Shown piece after piece: positions 10,220 through 19,980 of a DNA stretch of 64,000 bases; positions within the stretch are counted from its first letter, which is position 1, and every line of letters starts with the position of its first letter. Origin of the DNA: Candidatus Woesearchaeota archaeon (GTDB taxonomy: Archaea > Nanobdellota > Nanobdellia > Woesearchaeales > ARS49); assembly GCA_038850615.1 (NCBI GenBank), contig JAWCLR010000001.1, positions 16,637 through 80,636 on the forward strand, given 5' to 3'. The notes below the pieces were generated by a model. It did no database searches. It was not told the DNA's origin and saw only the letters and a program-made list of their open reading frames with translations. Both the position numbers and the translations under genes were made by a program.

Positions 10220-11024
10220 ATAGGCTCAACGGCTTTTGCTTGAGTTCTGCAGAATAAGATGCGGGGTCAAGCGTCATTCCGTCCTCTGCAGATATGACCT
10301 GCACCCCTGATTGTCTCTTTATCTCCCTTGCTTCGTACAATGGATTTGCGTCAAGCATTTTTTGCAAGAAATGAGTCAAAATGCACAGTTTTGGCTTTGC
10401 CTTCCTGAGAATTTTTACTGCATCTGCAGAGCACAGCCCCTGCTCTTTGCCTTTGCCTGGGCGCTGGCAGTTTATGACAAGTATGTCTGCACCCCCATAC
10501 TCATCAGCAAGTTTTGGGTCATAATTCGTGTCTCCTGTGTATGTAAGCACAAATTCTGGTGTGAAAATCTTGAATCCAAGTGCGCGAAGGTCTGAATGCT
10601 TTGCAAAGAGAGGGTGTACTTCTATGTTTTCTATACCTATTTTTTTGTTTGGCTGTGCAACAATTATTTTTTCAAGGTGGTTCGCAAAATGTGCGTGCAA
10701 AACTGGCTTTATGTATTCTGTGCCGTTGATTATGCTTTCTGGCGCTACAAGGACTCCGTGGCTGTCAAGCCCGTTCAGGGTCATCGCATTAATCAATGCA
10801 TTGAGGTCGTTGCAGTGGTTTAAATGTGCATGAGAGACAAGTATTGCAGAATGTCCTCGGACATTTATTCCGCACAATGCGGCATTTGTCAAGGCGCCTG
10901 GCCCTGGGTCAATGTGCAATTGGAGTTCATTGATTTTTATGACAAACCCCCCGGATGTTCTTGACTGCTTGCTGACTACTCCGAGATTTCCTGCAGTGCC
11001 CAAGAACACGAGTTGTGAATGCAT
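10200..11024 (-). CDS. MBL-fold metallo-hydrolase
   Basis: 274 aa. Beta-lactamase-fold His cluster (VSHAHLNHCNDL). Convergent 20-nt overlap with the previous gene. Confidence 0.6.
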   Translation of the reverse strand: MHSQLVFLGTAGNLGVVSKQSRTSGGFVIKINELQLHIDPGPGALTNAALCGINVRGHSAILVSHAHLNHCNDLNALINAMTLNGLDSHGVLVAPESIINGTEYIKPVLHAHFANHLEKIIVAQPNKKIGIENIEVHPLFAKHSDLRALGFKIFTPEFVLTYTGDTNYDPKLADEYGGADILVINCQRPGKGKEQGLCSADAVKILRKAKPKLCILTHFLQKMLDANPLYEAREIKRQSGVQVISAEDGMTLDPASYSAELKQKPLSLFTAGKQ

Positions 11025-11078
11025 AATGCGTTGCCAAGTATTTATTTTTTATTAAGATTTGTAGACTACAGTATAAGT

Positions 11079-12134
11079 TCAGAATCGTGGGAGATGTACT
11101 GGCTGCAGGATGGTGCCGTTCTCAACAAGCCCTATGTGTTCAAGCCCGATTTTTCCTGCATACAAGGGTGTTGTGTTTCCGCCTTTTGCAATGAATTCCT
11201 CCAGCGCAAATTTTCCTTCGAGGTAAACGTGGTCTTTTATGAATCCGCCTGCTGAGGACGTGTCTTTCAAGCCACGCTTTACCCTGACTGTCATTGCAAA
11301 TGCTTCTTTTGGAGGAAAGAACTTGCAGAGCTCATTGAAAACATCCCTGAACCCTTTTTTTAAGGCAAGCGAGGCTGCAATTACTCTTCCTGCATACTTT
11401 CTTAGGCGGTTGTTTGTGAGGCATCCTGCTTTTTTTTCGTGCAGTGCAGCAAGCCCTTCTTCTGTTTTCAGATAACCGGGTATTGCATCTGTTGAAAAGA
11501 TTTCATACTGCTGCTTGTAGCCGTTCATTGACCTCAAAACATGGACTCCGACTTCATGGGCGAGCATGCATTTTATTCCATTCTCTGAGAACTTTGCTTT
11601 TTCGCTTATCACTATTGTCCTTTTGCTTGGGCTTACGGCCACTTTGGCAACAGAGGGTCTTATGCTTATGCGCCATCCTGTGAATCCGTGCTGTAGTAAT
11701 GCCTTTTCAATCGCTGCCTTCATGTATGTTGCAGTGTATGGCTTTGTTGGAATGGGCTCTTGTGGTATTTTTTCCAGTATTTCATATGCCTTGCGTATTA
11801 ATTCTCTTGAGGGTGTGCCGTAAAGTTGTGTGTTAGTGAATTTTTCTGTGCCGAGGTTTTCGAGTGATTTTATTTCCCTTAGCAGGCCTTCCTTGATGTT
11901 GCGGAACAATTGCCCAAGCGGCGTCCGCTCTGCAATATTTATTGCCTCAAGCCTTGTCCTCAGCACATTTGCCCTAGTAAAATGCCTATAAGTAAACTTG
12001 GGTTCGTAATTGTTGGATGCGAAGAATTCCCTTTCTTCCTCGTGCAGGTTTGTGGGGGTGAGAAAGGAAAGCAAGTGTGTTGTCTTGCTGATTTCAGAGA
12101 GTGCGCGGTCAGCGACACAAAGCGGTGTTGCCAT
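11079..12134 (-). CDS. DUF1704 / QEGLA-motif protein (putative metallopeptidase-like)
   Basis: 351 aa. TEEGLAALHE matches the QEGLA signature. HEVGVH metal-binding-like motif. Confidence 0.55.
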   Translation of the reverse strand: MATPLCVADRALSEISKTTHLLSFLTPTNLHEEEREFFASNNYEPKFTYRHFTRANVLRTRLEAINIAERTPLGQLFRNIKEGLLREIKSLENLGTEKFTNTQLYGTPSRELIRKAYEILEKIPQEPIPTKPYTATYMKAAIEKALLQHGFTGWRISIRPSVAKVAVSPSKRTIVISEKAKFSENGIKCMLAHEVGVHVLRSMNGYKQQYEIFSTDAIPGYLKTEEGLAALHEKKAGCLTNNRLRKYAGRVIAASLALKKGFRDVFNELCKFFPPKEAFAMTVRVKRGLKDTSSAGGFIKDHVYLEGKFALEEFIAKGGNTTPLYAGKIGLEHIGLVENGTILQPVHLPRF

Positions 12135-12154
12135 ATGTCGACTTTAAACCAGTA

Positions 12155-12164
12155 GATTTAAAAA
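12155..12164 (+). promoter_or_regulatory. TATA box (ATTTAAAAAC) for the SRP RNA gene
   Basis: A/T box about 25 nt upstream of the GGGCGGGC 5' end of the SRP RNA, typical archaeal spacing. Confidence 0.4.
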
Positions 12165-12184
12165 CGTTATTATGCTCAATTGTC

Positions 12185-12462
12185 GTGGGCGGGCTTTTCC
12201 GGGAGGTTAGCCGTCTCCTGTCACCGCAAATCGGCTTTATGGTGGGGAGAAGCAGTCCGAGCGGCCTAGGACGGAGCAAATGGTCCTGAACCGGACGTTG
12301 ACGTTCTGTCCTGCAGGGTTGCTCTTGTAGGAACCTGGTCAGGCGGGGAACCGAGCAGCCATAACTGTAAGGGTGAATGCTTGCAGGGGTGCGGAACCGA
12401 GAAAGGTTTGGGGTCAAACCGTTTGTTCTTTTCTATGTCCACCGGATTGCGCGCCCGCCCGC
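12185..12462 (+). ncRNA. signal recognition particle RNA (7S/SRP RNA)
   Basis: About 280 nt. 5' GUGGGCGGGC pairs with 3' GCCCGCCCGC. Internal CCUGGUCAGGCGGGGAACCGAGCAGCCAUAAC closely matches the conserved helix-8 motif of 4.5S/SRP RNA (CCAGGUCAGGUCCGGAAGGAAGCAGCCAAGG). An oligo-T tract follows at 12463-12468. No credible ORF covers it. Confidence 0.75.
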
Positions 12463-12500
12463 TTTTTTCTGGGGCAATCTTTAAATAAAACAGGAAATTT

Positions 12501-12662
12501 ATGGTCTGTATGAATATTTCAGTTGAAACCAATGGAAAGGTTGTGATAAGGTTTAAGGGAAAAGTGAATATGTCACAGGAAGTTTTGCTGTCAAAGGCAG
12601 ATGCAAAACGTCTTGGAGAAATCCTAAGCGCAGGAAAGTCAGAATCCTTTGAAACCAGTTAA
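12501..12662 (+). CDS. possible small protein (53 aa)
   Basis: ATG-initiated ORF MVCMNISVETNGKVVIRFKGKVNMSQEVLLSKADAKRLGEILSAGKSESFETS, shorter than the ORF-track cutoff. Lies between the SRP RNA and the convergent leuS stop. Confidence 0.3.
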   Translation: MVCMNISVETNGKVVIRFKGKVNMSQEVLLSKADAKRLGEILSAGKSESFETS

Positions 12663-12665
12663 ATA

Positions 12666-15299
12666 TCAAACGATTACGATTGCCGGCTTTCCTGGCAGGG
12701 CGTTCTTTGCTTTTGGCTCCTGCGAGTCTTGTTCTTTCACTATTTCAACCGAGCAGCTGTATTCTTTTGCCAGTTGTTCCTTCATTTCCAGAAATGCAGC
12801 CATTTCTCTTTTCTGGCCGAGTATGTGTTCTGGGATTCTTCCTGGCTCCTGCACAAGCTTTGGAACCATTTTGCTTATTGCGTCGCCGTGCTTTCTTAAT
12901 GGTCCTGCCATTAGGTTCTTGATTATTTCGCCAGGATTCTTTGTTTTTTCAAGCTGCGCCTTTACTTCCTTGTAAAAGTCGTTCTTCCACTGGTCTGCTA
13001 TGAATAGTTTTATTGCCATTGGCTTCAGTATTTTTGTTAGCTTCAATACGTCGTTTATGTCGCCCAGCAGTTTGTTGTAAATCTTTTGCTGGTATTCAAG
13101 CTCGGGGTTTATCTTCTTGGCATCAAACTTTGGCCATTTTTGCGTGCAGGCAAATGGTTTTTTACCAAGCATTTCCCAAAGCTCTTCTGCAATATGCGGA
13201 ATGAATGGCGCAAGCATCAATGTCAATATTTCTAACGACTTCTGGTGCAGTGTTTGCCTTTTTTCAAGGAACTCAACGCAGTCCATTATTGCGATTATTG
13301 CCTTGTTGAGCTCGAATGTTGACATGTATTCTGTGACTGTCTTGAGTGTGCTGTGGATTTTGCTTTCTGCAATCTTGTCCGGCTTGTTTGTTTTCTCTTT
13401 TTTGTAGAGCGCTTCAAGTCTTTGGATGAATCTGAAGCTTCCTTGAACTCCTTCCTCGCTCCATTCTATGTCCTTGCCAGGCGATGCAACAAAGAGCATG
13501 AACAATCTTGCAGTATCTATGCCGTATTTTTGTTCAATTTCTTCTTGCGAGACTACGTTTCCATGGCTTTTGCTCATCTTTGCGCCATCCTTAAGCACCA
13601 TTCCCTGGTTGAAAAGTGCCTTGAATGGCTCTCCGAACTTGAGCAATCCTAGATCCCTGAGCACTTTTGTGAAGAATCTTGCGTAGAGTAAGTGCATTAC
13701 TGCGTGTTCTGCTCCGCCTATGTACTGGTCTACTGGCATCCAGTATTTTATTTTTTCAGGGTTGAATGGTTGTTTTTTCTCTTTGTTCGAGCAGTATCTT
13801 AGGAAGTACCATGAGCTGTCCACGAATGTGTCCATTGTGTCTGTCTCTCTTTTTGCTTGGTTTTTGCACTTGGGGCATTTCACGTTTACAAAGCTTGGGG
13901 TGTTCGCAAGGGGATTTCCTTGTCCTGTGAATTTGACGTTTTCAGGCAGTTTTACCGGTAGGTCTTTTTCCGGAACAGGCACTGTGCCACATTGAGGGCA
14001 ATAAATTATTGGTATTGGTGTTCCCCAGTATCTTTGTCTTGAAATGAGCCAGTCGCGCAGCTTGTAGCTTACTGTTGCCCCGCCTGCTTTTTTCTTTTCA
14101 AGCGCGACTGTGATTTCGTGTCTTGCTTGTTGTGATGGCAATCCGCTGAATTCTCCTGAATTGAACAGGATTCCTTCATCAACGTAAGGAAGTTCTGGTT
14201 CTCTGTCTTTTGGTTTTATTACAGGGATTATCGGGATATTGTATTTTTTTGCGAATGCATAGTCGCGCGTGTCGTGTGCAGGAACTGCCATTACCGCTCC
14301 TGTGCCGTAGTCAAGCAGGACAAAGTTTGCAATGTATATTGGCACGTCCTTGCCTGTGAATGGGTGTATTACGTACCTCCCGATGAACATTCCTTCTTTT
14401 TCCTTGTCCTCTGCAGCGCGGGAGAACTTTTCTTCCATCACAACCTTGTTTGTAAACTTCTTGACTTCTTCCTCATACTTTGTGCCGTGGACCAGTTCAT
14501 GAACTATTGGGTGCTCTGGAGCGATGACCACGAAAGTCAGGCCGAAAAGAGTGTCTGGCCTTGTTGTGAAGACAGGCAGTTTTTTGTCAGAGTCCTTTAT
14601 TTGGAATTCTATGAGTGTTCCTTCGCTTCTTCCTATCCAGTTTTTTTGCATTATTTTTATTCTTTCAGGCCAGTTGAGGTTGTCAATCTCCTTGAGCAAT
14701 TCATCAGCATATGCTGTTATTTTGAAGAACCACTGCTCCAAGTCCCTGACTTCTACTTTGCTTTCGCACCTCCAGCATTTTCCGTCAACCACTTGTTCGT
14801 TTGCAAGGACTGTTCCGCATGACGGGCACCAATTTATTGGTGCGTGCTTGCGGTAAGCAAGGCCTTTTTCAAGGAATTTTAGGAAGAAGTACTGGTTCCA
14901 CTTGTAGTATTCAGGATAGCACGTGGCGAGTGTTCTGTCCCAGTCATAACTGAAGCCAAGGCGCTTCATGCTTCCTGTCAGTGAAGCGATTGCTTTTTCA
15001 GTGTATTCTTTAGGGTGTATTTTTTGCTTTATTGCCGCATTTTCTGCAGGCAGTCCAAAGGCATCAAAGCCCATTGGGTAAAGCACGTTGTAGCCGGTCA
15101 TTCTCTTGTAGCGGGCTATTGTATCTCCTATTGCGTAATTGCGCATGTGTCCAGCATGAAGGCCGTAAGCAGAAGGGTAAGGGAACATTTCAAGGTTGTA
15201 GAACTTGGGCTTCTTTGACTTGTCTCTTGTCTTGAATACTTTTTTTTCGTTCCATCTTGCTTGCCATTTTGGAACAATTGCGCGTTGGTCCATATTCAA
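12666..15299 (-). CDS. leuS: leucyl-tRNA synthetase, bacterial type
   Basis: 877 aa. [54 protein letters not shown] and [14 protein letters not shown] are near-identical to bacterial LeuRS blocks. KMSKS present. Confidence 0.9.
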   Translation of the reverse strand: MNMDQRAIVPKWQARWNEKKVFKTRDKSKKPKFYNLEMFPYPSAYGLHAGHMRNYAIGDTIARYKRMTGYNVLYPMGFDAFGLPAENAAIKQKIHPKEYTEKAIASLTGSMKRLGFSYDWDRTLATCYPEYYKWNQYFFLKFLEKGLAYRKHAPINWCPSCGTVLANEQVVDGKCWRCESKVEVRDLEQWFFKITAYADELLKEIDNLNWPERIKIMQKNWIGRSEGTLIEFQIKDSDKKLPVFTTRPDTLFGLTFVVIAPEHPIVHELVHGTKYEEEVKKFTNKVVMEEKFSRAAEDKEKEGMFIGRYVIHPFTGKDVPIYIANFVLLDYGTGAVMAVPAHDTRDYAFAKKYNIPIIPVIKPKDREPELPYVDEGILFNSGEFSGLPSQQARHEITVALEKKKAGGATVSYKLRDWLISRQRYWGTPIPIIYCPQCGTVPVPEKDLPVKLPENVKFTGQGNPLANTPSFVNVKCPKCKNQAKRETDTMDTFVDSSWYFLRYCSNKEKKQPFNPEKIKYWMPVDQYIGGAEHAVMHLLYARFFTKVLRDLGLLKFGEPFKALFNQGMVLKDGAKMSKSHGNVVSQEEIEQKYGIDTARLFMLFVASPGKDIEWSEEGVQGSFRFIQRLEALYKKEKTNKPDKIAESKIHSTLKTVTEYMSTFELNKAIIAIMDCVEFLEKRQTLHQKSLEILTLMLAPFIPHIAEELWEMLGKKPFACTQKWPKFDAKKINPELEYQQKIYNKLLGDINDVLKLTKILKPMAIKLFIADQWKNDFYKEVKAQLEKTKNPGEIIKNLMAGPLRKHGDAISKMVPKLVQEPGRIPEHILGQKREMAAFLEMKEQLAKEYSCSVEIVKEQDSQEPKAKNALPGKPAIVIV

Positions 15300-15317
15300 G
15301 AACTGAAAGTGACTCGT

Positions 15318-15881
15318 TTAAAAACCTTTCTGGCGACGTAGCATTTCAACAAGCCCTGGAGCCAAGACTGGCTTGCCATTCCTTAAGACGTATTTGTAAG
15401 GCAATTGCACGCTTTCTCCTTCGCGTATGTCTATGTCAACGTGGTGTGTGAATCTTATCTTGCTTAATGGCAGTCCTGATAGTATTGTGTGCGCTACAAG
15501 GACTGCTGTGTCTGTGCTCATTTGTTCCTTCCCCATATTTCTTGCCTCAACGCAAGGCATTTTTATTCGCAGTTCCTTTGTCCTTCCGCGAGGCGGATGG
15601 TCTCCAAGTATTCCGCCGAGTATTATGTGGCTGAATTTCTTAGCTTCTTTTGGCGTGAGTGTTTTGTTTGCCTCTGCGTCGAGGATTACAGGATTTTCAA
15701 GCTTCATCTCAGTTACGCTTTTGGAAAATACCTTACCAAGCCTTCGCAGTTGAGCTTTGCCTGTTTTGACGTTTGTGAACCACAAGTTCTCTTTGCCAAC
15801 GATTGATGATATGTGTTTGTATTCAAGATAGCACCACTTCCACACCCTTGGCTCCATATGCTCTATGATAAAAACAGGCAT
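15318..15881 (-). CDS. Sfm1-like SPOUT-class methyltransferase (DUF431)
   Basis: 187 aa. FIIEHMEP..W.W..LEY, LGGILGDHPPRGRTKEL, EQMSTDTAV and PYKYVLRNGKPVLAPGLVEML align with yeast Sfm1 (the Rps3 arginine methyltransferase). Confidence 0.7.
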   Translation of the reverse strand: MPVFIIEHMEPRVWKWCYLEYKHISSIVGKENLWFTNVKTGKAQLRRLGKVFSKSVTEMKLENPVILDAEANKTLTPKEAKKFSHIILGGILGDHPPRGRTKELRIKMPCVEARNMGKEQMSTDTAVLVAHTILSGLPLSKIRFTHHVDIDIREGESVQLPYKYVLRNGKPVLAPGLVEMLRRQKGF

Positions 15882-15936
15882 AATTGTTGTGTTAACCAGC
15901 TAATATTTAAATAAAGTGGGGCAAAAAGCAGTTTTT

Positions 15937-16655
15937 ATGAAAGAACAGCTTGAATACAGGGAGCTTGCAAAGTATTACGATTTAATCTATTCGAAGGAAA
16001 ACACCAAAAAAGAAGTGGATTTAATAAAAAAATAATTAAAAAATACAAAAAGTCCAGCGGCAACACGCTTCTTGATGTTGGCTGCGGAACAGGAAGGCAC
16101 CTGTTTTACCTGAAAAAGGATTTCAAGTGCACTGGTGTTGACCTAAACAAGGAAATTCTGAAAATTGCCAGAAAAAAAGTGAATGGTGTAACCTACAGGC
16201 AGGCTGACATGACAAAATTAAACATTGGAAGGAAATTTGACATTATTATCTCGCTTTTCAGCGCAATTGGCTATGTCAAGACCTTGAAAAATCTTAAGAG
16301 AACAATCAATGGCTTTTCCAGGCACCTGAAGAAGGGCGGAATTGTGATAATCGAGCCTTGGTACACTAAGTCGCAGTTCATAAAAGGAAAAGTCACTTTC
16401 AGAGTGTACGAAAGCAATGGAATGAAAATTGCGCGCCTTATGCTGAGCGATAGGAAGAACTCACTCTCATGGTTTGATGAACACACGCTGATTTGGGAAA
16501 AAGGTAAAGGTGTAAGGTATTTAAGAGGCAGGGATTACCTTGGCCTTTTTGAGATAAAAGACACGCTGAAGATAATGAAGAATGCAAAGCTAAAAGCATT
16601 TTACATCAAGAACACTCCCAAAGACCGCGGTCTTTATGTGGGGATAAAAGAATAA
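15937..16655 (+). pseudogene. class I SAM-dependent methyltransferase interrupted by a -1 frameshift in an A7 run
   Basis: Frame A: MKEQLEYRELAKYYDLIYSKENTKKEVDLIKK then stop at 16033. Frame -1 continues IIKKYKKSSGNTLLDVGCGTGRH (motif I) through to 16655. The switch lies at TTAATAAAAAAATAA (16021-16035). Confidence 0.6.
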
Positions 16656-16662
16656 AAAAAAT

Positions 16663-16860
16663 TTAGCCTTTCTTAAACTGCCCAGCAGTGTCTATCAGGT
16701 CCACATGCCCGAGGAACATTGCCCTGCAGCAGTACCTTTCAAGCCCTAAGTCGTCAAGCACTGCCTTTTTTGACTCTCCCTTGTCAACGCGCTCCTTGTA
16801 CTTTTCCCAGAGGTGGGCTATTGGTTTTCCGCAGCTCCAGCACCTTATTGGTATTATCAT
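16663..16860 (-). CDS. rpoN: DNA-directed RNA polymerase subunit N (Rpb10)
   Basis: 65 aa. MIIPIRCWSCGKPI...LGLERYCCRAMFLGHVDLID is the canonical RpoN zinc-bundle sequence. Confidence 0.9.
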   Translation of the reverse strand: MIIPIRCWSCGKPIAHLWEKYKERVDKGESKKAVLDDLGLERYCCRAMFLGHVDLIDTAGQFKKG

Positions 16861-16867
16861 TCTGGCA

Positions 16868-17263
16868 TCACCTGTATGATGTTTGCCTCAATGCCCTTGC
16901 CTTTCCGTGGCGGTTGGGCTTGTGCGTTTCTTTCCTGCGAACATCTGCAACAAGCAGTACCCTATCATAGTCAAGGAATTTCTTCTGCAGCGTCTTGTCG
17001 TAGGCAGCCAATGCCTTTGCAACGACAAGTCTCGCTGCTTCTGCCTGGCTGCTTGTTCCGCCGCCGCAGACAGACACGTTTATGTTCACGCTCTTTGCCT
17101 TGTCACCTGCTATTATGAGGGGCTCCTGTATCTTGAGCCTTGACATTGCTGGCTCGTAAGTATCAAGCAATTGCGAATTTATCCTTACGATTCCCGCACC
17201 AGGCACGAGCGTTGCCCTTGCAACAGCGCTTTTTCGTGTTCCTGAAACGTGAATTGACTTCAT
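16868..17263 (-). CDS. rps9: 30S ribosomal protein S9 (uS9)
   Basis: Start at internal Met MKSIHVSGTRKSAVARATL. Ends ...KARALRQTSYR. The ATG overlaps the L13 stop (ATGA). Confidence 0.9.
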   Translation of the reverse strand: MKSIHVSGTRKSAVARATLVPGAGIVRINSQLLDTYEPAMSRLKIQEPLIIAGDKAKSVNINVSVCGGGTSSQAEAARLVVAKALAAYDKTLQKKFLDYDRVLLVADVRRKETHKPNRHGKARALRQTSYR

Positions 17264-17700
17264 CCAAATCTGCCTCCAAGTGACCTGCATATCTCCCCTA
17301 TCGTAACGAGCTTCATTGTGCGCTTGTGCTTGCTGTTTGCCCAGGCAAGCGTCTGCATTTTGATTCCCTTGAATTCTTCAGGCACCCCAACATAGCACAT
17401 TATGCGCTTGAATGCTGCTGCACCGCGCGGTTTCTTATGCGGAAGCATTCCCCTTATCTGCCTGCGCACAAACCTGTCCGGCAAGCGGGACAGGAACGGT
17501 CCTTTTTGGGGCTGTCCAGTTTCCTTTATGAGGTGCCTGTAATTCTCCACATTGAATTTCTTGCCTCCAGTCATTATTGCCTTTTCACAGTTGAAGATGT
17601 TTACCGAGTGACCAAGCAGGGCCTGCTTCGCTACGTAACTGGCCATCCTTCCGACAATGAGGTTTGTTGCGTCAATGTTTATTTCGGCCATAAGCATCAT
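17260..17700 (-). CDS. rpl13: 50S ribosomal protein L13 (uL13)
   Basis: MMLMAEINIDATNLIVGRMASYVAKQALLG... is the uL13 N-terminus. The likely start is an internal Met that overlaps the L18e stop. Confidence 0.85.
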   Translation of the reverse strand: MMLMAEINIDATNLIVGRMASYVAKQALLGHSVNIFNCEKAIMTGGKKFNVENYRHLIKETGQPQKGPFLSRLPDRFVRRQIRGMLPHKKPRGAAAFKRIMCYVGVPEEFKGIKMQTLAWANSKHKRTMKLVTIGEICRSLGGRFG

Positions 17701-18059
17701 CCTATTATTCGAACGTCCTTTCCTTTCGGGTTCTGTTTCACAAGCTCCTGTATTGTGAGGCATTTTCCTTTTGCCTGTTCTATGCGCTCTCTTGCACCGC
17801 TTGAAAATGCAAATGCTGCAACAACAAGTCCGTGCTCTAGTACTCCTGACCCAAGCACTTTGCCTGGCACAACAACAGTTTCGTTTGCCTTTGTATGCCT
17901 GTTGAGCCTTGAAAGGTTGACTACTCTCCTCTTCCGCGTCGGCATTTCAAGGTCTTCTGCCACTCTTGACCAGATTTTAGCCTTCTGAGTGCTGCTTTCC
18001 TTGCGCAATTCCATGATCAGCGCGCGCATATGCTCGTTTGTTGGTCCTGTTCTTTTCAT
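17697..18059 (-). CDS. rpl18e: 50S ribosomal protein L18e (eL18)
   Basis: MKRTGPTNEHMRALIMELRKES...VVAAFAFSSGARERIEQAKGK. The longer track ORF would run into the tRNA, so an internal Met is used. Confidence 0.85.
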   Translation of the reverse strand: MKRTGPTNEHMRALIMELRKESSTQKAKIWSRVAEDLEMPTRKRRVVNLSRLNRHTKANETVVVPGKVLGSGVLEHGLVVAAFAFSSGARERIEQAKGKCLTIQELVKQNPKGKDVRIIG

Positions 18060-18072
18060 AGCAACTCTGGTA

Positions 18073-18158
18073 TGGCGGGGAAGGGATTTGAACCCTCGCA
18101 CCCACTAAGGGACTACCCCCTCAAGGTAGCGCATTTGACCAGGCTCTGCCACCCCGCC
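18073..18158 (-). tRNA. tRNA-Leu (anticodon GAG), long variable arm
   Basis: Reverse strand: GGCGGGGUGGCAGAGCCUGGUCAAAUGCGCUACCUUGAGGGGGUAGUCCCUUAGUGGGUGCGAGGGUUCAAAUCCCUUCCCCGCCA. 7-bp acceptor stem, anticodon loop CUUGAGG, class II variable arm. CCA not encoded. Confidence 0.85.
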
Positions 18159-18184
18159 ATGTTTAGGGTGTTGCCCGGCAAGCG

Positions 18185-18967
18185 TTACTTGCCAAGCCTT
18201 TCCTCGAATTCTTCCAAGGATTCGAGGAGCATGTCAGCGGCGGCAGTTGCGATTTCCTTGGGCGACAACTGCCCCCACGGCTCAATTCCGAACAAAAAGT
18301 TGTTCGGGTTGTATTCTATTTTGACTATTTCGGGGCAGACCCCTTCGCAGGCGTCTACCAAGTTGTTTGTTGTTATCAGCTTTTTGTCTATCTTGCCGTC
18401 CTTGTCAAAGATTTGCGGCGGGTATCTCGCCTTGAATTCCGCAAACTTCGGGCTGTCGTTGTTGACCGTGATTATTGGCTCGTATACATACCACGCCAGG
18501 CAGGGGCTCCACTTGACATGGTTTTTGCCCTGACCAAGCGTTGCTGTTGCCTCAAGCTCGAGTTCCTGCCCTTTCAGCAACTTCACTATCGGCATGTCGC
18601 CATATACGGGCTTTACTTTCGGGTCCTTGCTCTTGATGTCTGAAGCGTAGACTGTGCAGGGTCCCTTTGCCTTGAGCGTCATCTTGAGCGTGCACCTGTT
18701 GCATCCTTCACCCTTGCACTTGCATTTCGACGGCAAGACGTAGCTTTTGAGGTCTGTCTTGATTGGCAGTAATCCCAGCCTATGCGCGATTATTTCATCA
18801 TAGAGCACCGAGCTGTTTTCCCTGAACTCGACCGTGTCGATTGCCATTGTCGGCACGCTTTCCATCATAACGCGACGCATCACGTTAGCAAATGCAGGTA
18901 TTGCGTCCTTCAGCAAAAAAGTCACACGTCCTGTTTTCTTGTCCTCATCAAGGAATTCTATGTTCAT
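18185..18967 (-). CDS. rpoD: DNA-directed RNA polymerase subunit D (Rpb3-like, with 4Fe-4S Cys cluster)
   Basis: 260 aa. [21 protein letters not shown]... Cys-rich insert [11 protein letters not shown]...C. Sits in the alpha-operon position. Confidence 0.9.
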   Translation of the reverse strand: MNIEFLDEDKKTGRVTFLLKDAIPAFANVMRRVMMESVPTMAIDTVEFRENSSVLYDEIIAHRLGLLPIKTDLKSYVLPSKCKCKGEGCNRCTLKMTLKAKGPCTVYASDIKSKDPKVKPVYGDMPIVKLLKGQELELEATATLGQGKNHVKWSPCLAWYVYEPIITVNNDSPKFAEFKARYPPQIFDKDGKIDKKLITTNNLVDACEGVCPEIVKIEYNPNNFLFGIEPWGQLSPKEIATAAADMLLESLEEFEERLGK

Positions 18968-19362
18968 ACCCTTCGCCCCCGTTTTCCGCCCTTTTTCCTG
19001 CAGCCGCCGTGAGGCATTGGAGTGACGTCCTCAATTAGCCCTATGCGCAGGCCCATTCGGCTTAGTGCTCGGATTGCTGCTTGGGCTCCTGGTCCTGGGT
19101 TGTGCGGACCGTTGTGACCTCCTGGCGCCTTGACTTTCACGTGCAATCCTCCTATGCCTTTGTCCTTTGCTATCTCTGCTGCCCGCTTTGCAGCCATCAT
19201 TGCTGCTGTTGGCGAGCCCTCCATTCGGTCGCTCTTGACCATCATCCCTCCGGATGCTACCGCAAGGGTTTCTGTGCCTGAAATGTCTGTGATGTGTATG
19301 ATTGTATCATTGTAGCTTGCATAAATGTGCGCGACTCCCCAGCGCAAAGGTGATGAGCTCAT
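18964..19362 (-). CDS. rps11: 30S ribosomal protein S11 (uS11)
   Basis: 132 aa. [18 protein letters not shown]...[11 protein letters not shown]...[11 protein letters not shown]. Confidence 0.9.
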   Translation of the reverse strand: MSSSPLRWGVAHIYASYNDTIIHITDISGTETLAVASGGMMVKSDRMEGSPTAAMMAAKRAAEIAKDKGIGGLHVKVKAPGGHNGPHNPGPGAQAAIRALSRMGLRIGLIEDVTPMPHGGCRKKGGKRGRRV

Positions 19363-19961
19363 TTGCGCACCTCCCTTTTGCGCGACGGTCCCTTGCGCGG
19401 ACCTTGGCGCTCAGCATCTTGTGGTGTGGGAGGCTCAGTGGCTTTTGGCGGCAACGCGCGCTCTGGGTGGGCTGTATTTGCAAAACTTGATGTCGGGACA
19501 AATGCTATGCTCGCTTCTTCACTAACATGGACGTTGTAGCTTGGTGATGAAACCCTGCGGTTGCCGACAAGTATGTGCTCATGGACTATCATCTGCCTTG
19601 CTTGGTTGATGCTTCTTGCAAGGCCCTTTCTGAAAACCATTGTCTGCAACCTTCTTTCAAGGATGTTTGTGAGCTGAATTCCAAGGACATCGTCAAGTTG
19701 TGCACCCTGCTCGACAAGCCCCATCTTCGCAAGCCTTGCCAGCAGTTGGGTTTTTTCCTTTTCTGCCTGGCTTCCCCTTGCCGCAATGAGTTTTTTCGCG
19801 AGGTCTGAGAATGTCTTGAGTTTTGAACGCGCCCTGTATATTTCTGTCTTGTTCTTGAGCCCATATTTCTTCAGGAGGGTGCGCTCTTCCTCAATGCGCT
19901 CCTTCTGCCAAGGGTGTCCTGGCCTGTTGTACTTGCTCTTGATTTTTCTTGGATCGCCCAT
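19359..19961 (-). CDS. rps4: 30S ribosomal protein S4 (uS4)
   Basis: 200 aa. [18 protein letters not shown]...[13 protein letters not shown]... Confidence 0.9.
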   Translation of the reverse strand: MGDPRKIKSKYNRPGHPWQKERIEEERTLLKKYGLKNKTEIYRARSKLKTFSDLAKKLIAARGSQAEKEKTQLLARLAKMGLVEQGAQLDDVLGIQLTNILERRLQTMVFRKGLARSINQARQMIVHEHILVGNRRVSSPSYNVHVSEEASIAFVPTSSFANTAHPERALPPKATEPPTPQDAERQGPRKGPSRKREVRK

Positions 19962-19980
19962 ATTCTACCAATTAACCGGT

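Noticed and set aside
12101-12532. Three overlapping ORFs (12101-12289 +, 12109-12417 -, 12266-12532 -)
   Set aside because: They cover the SRP RNA gene and have no protein-like composition. I also considered RNase P RNA for this locus because of a GAGAAGCAGUCCGAGC segment. I rejected that because the would-be P4 strands are only about 35 nt apart and the helix-8 SRP motif is a much better match.
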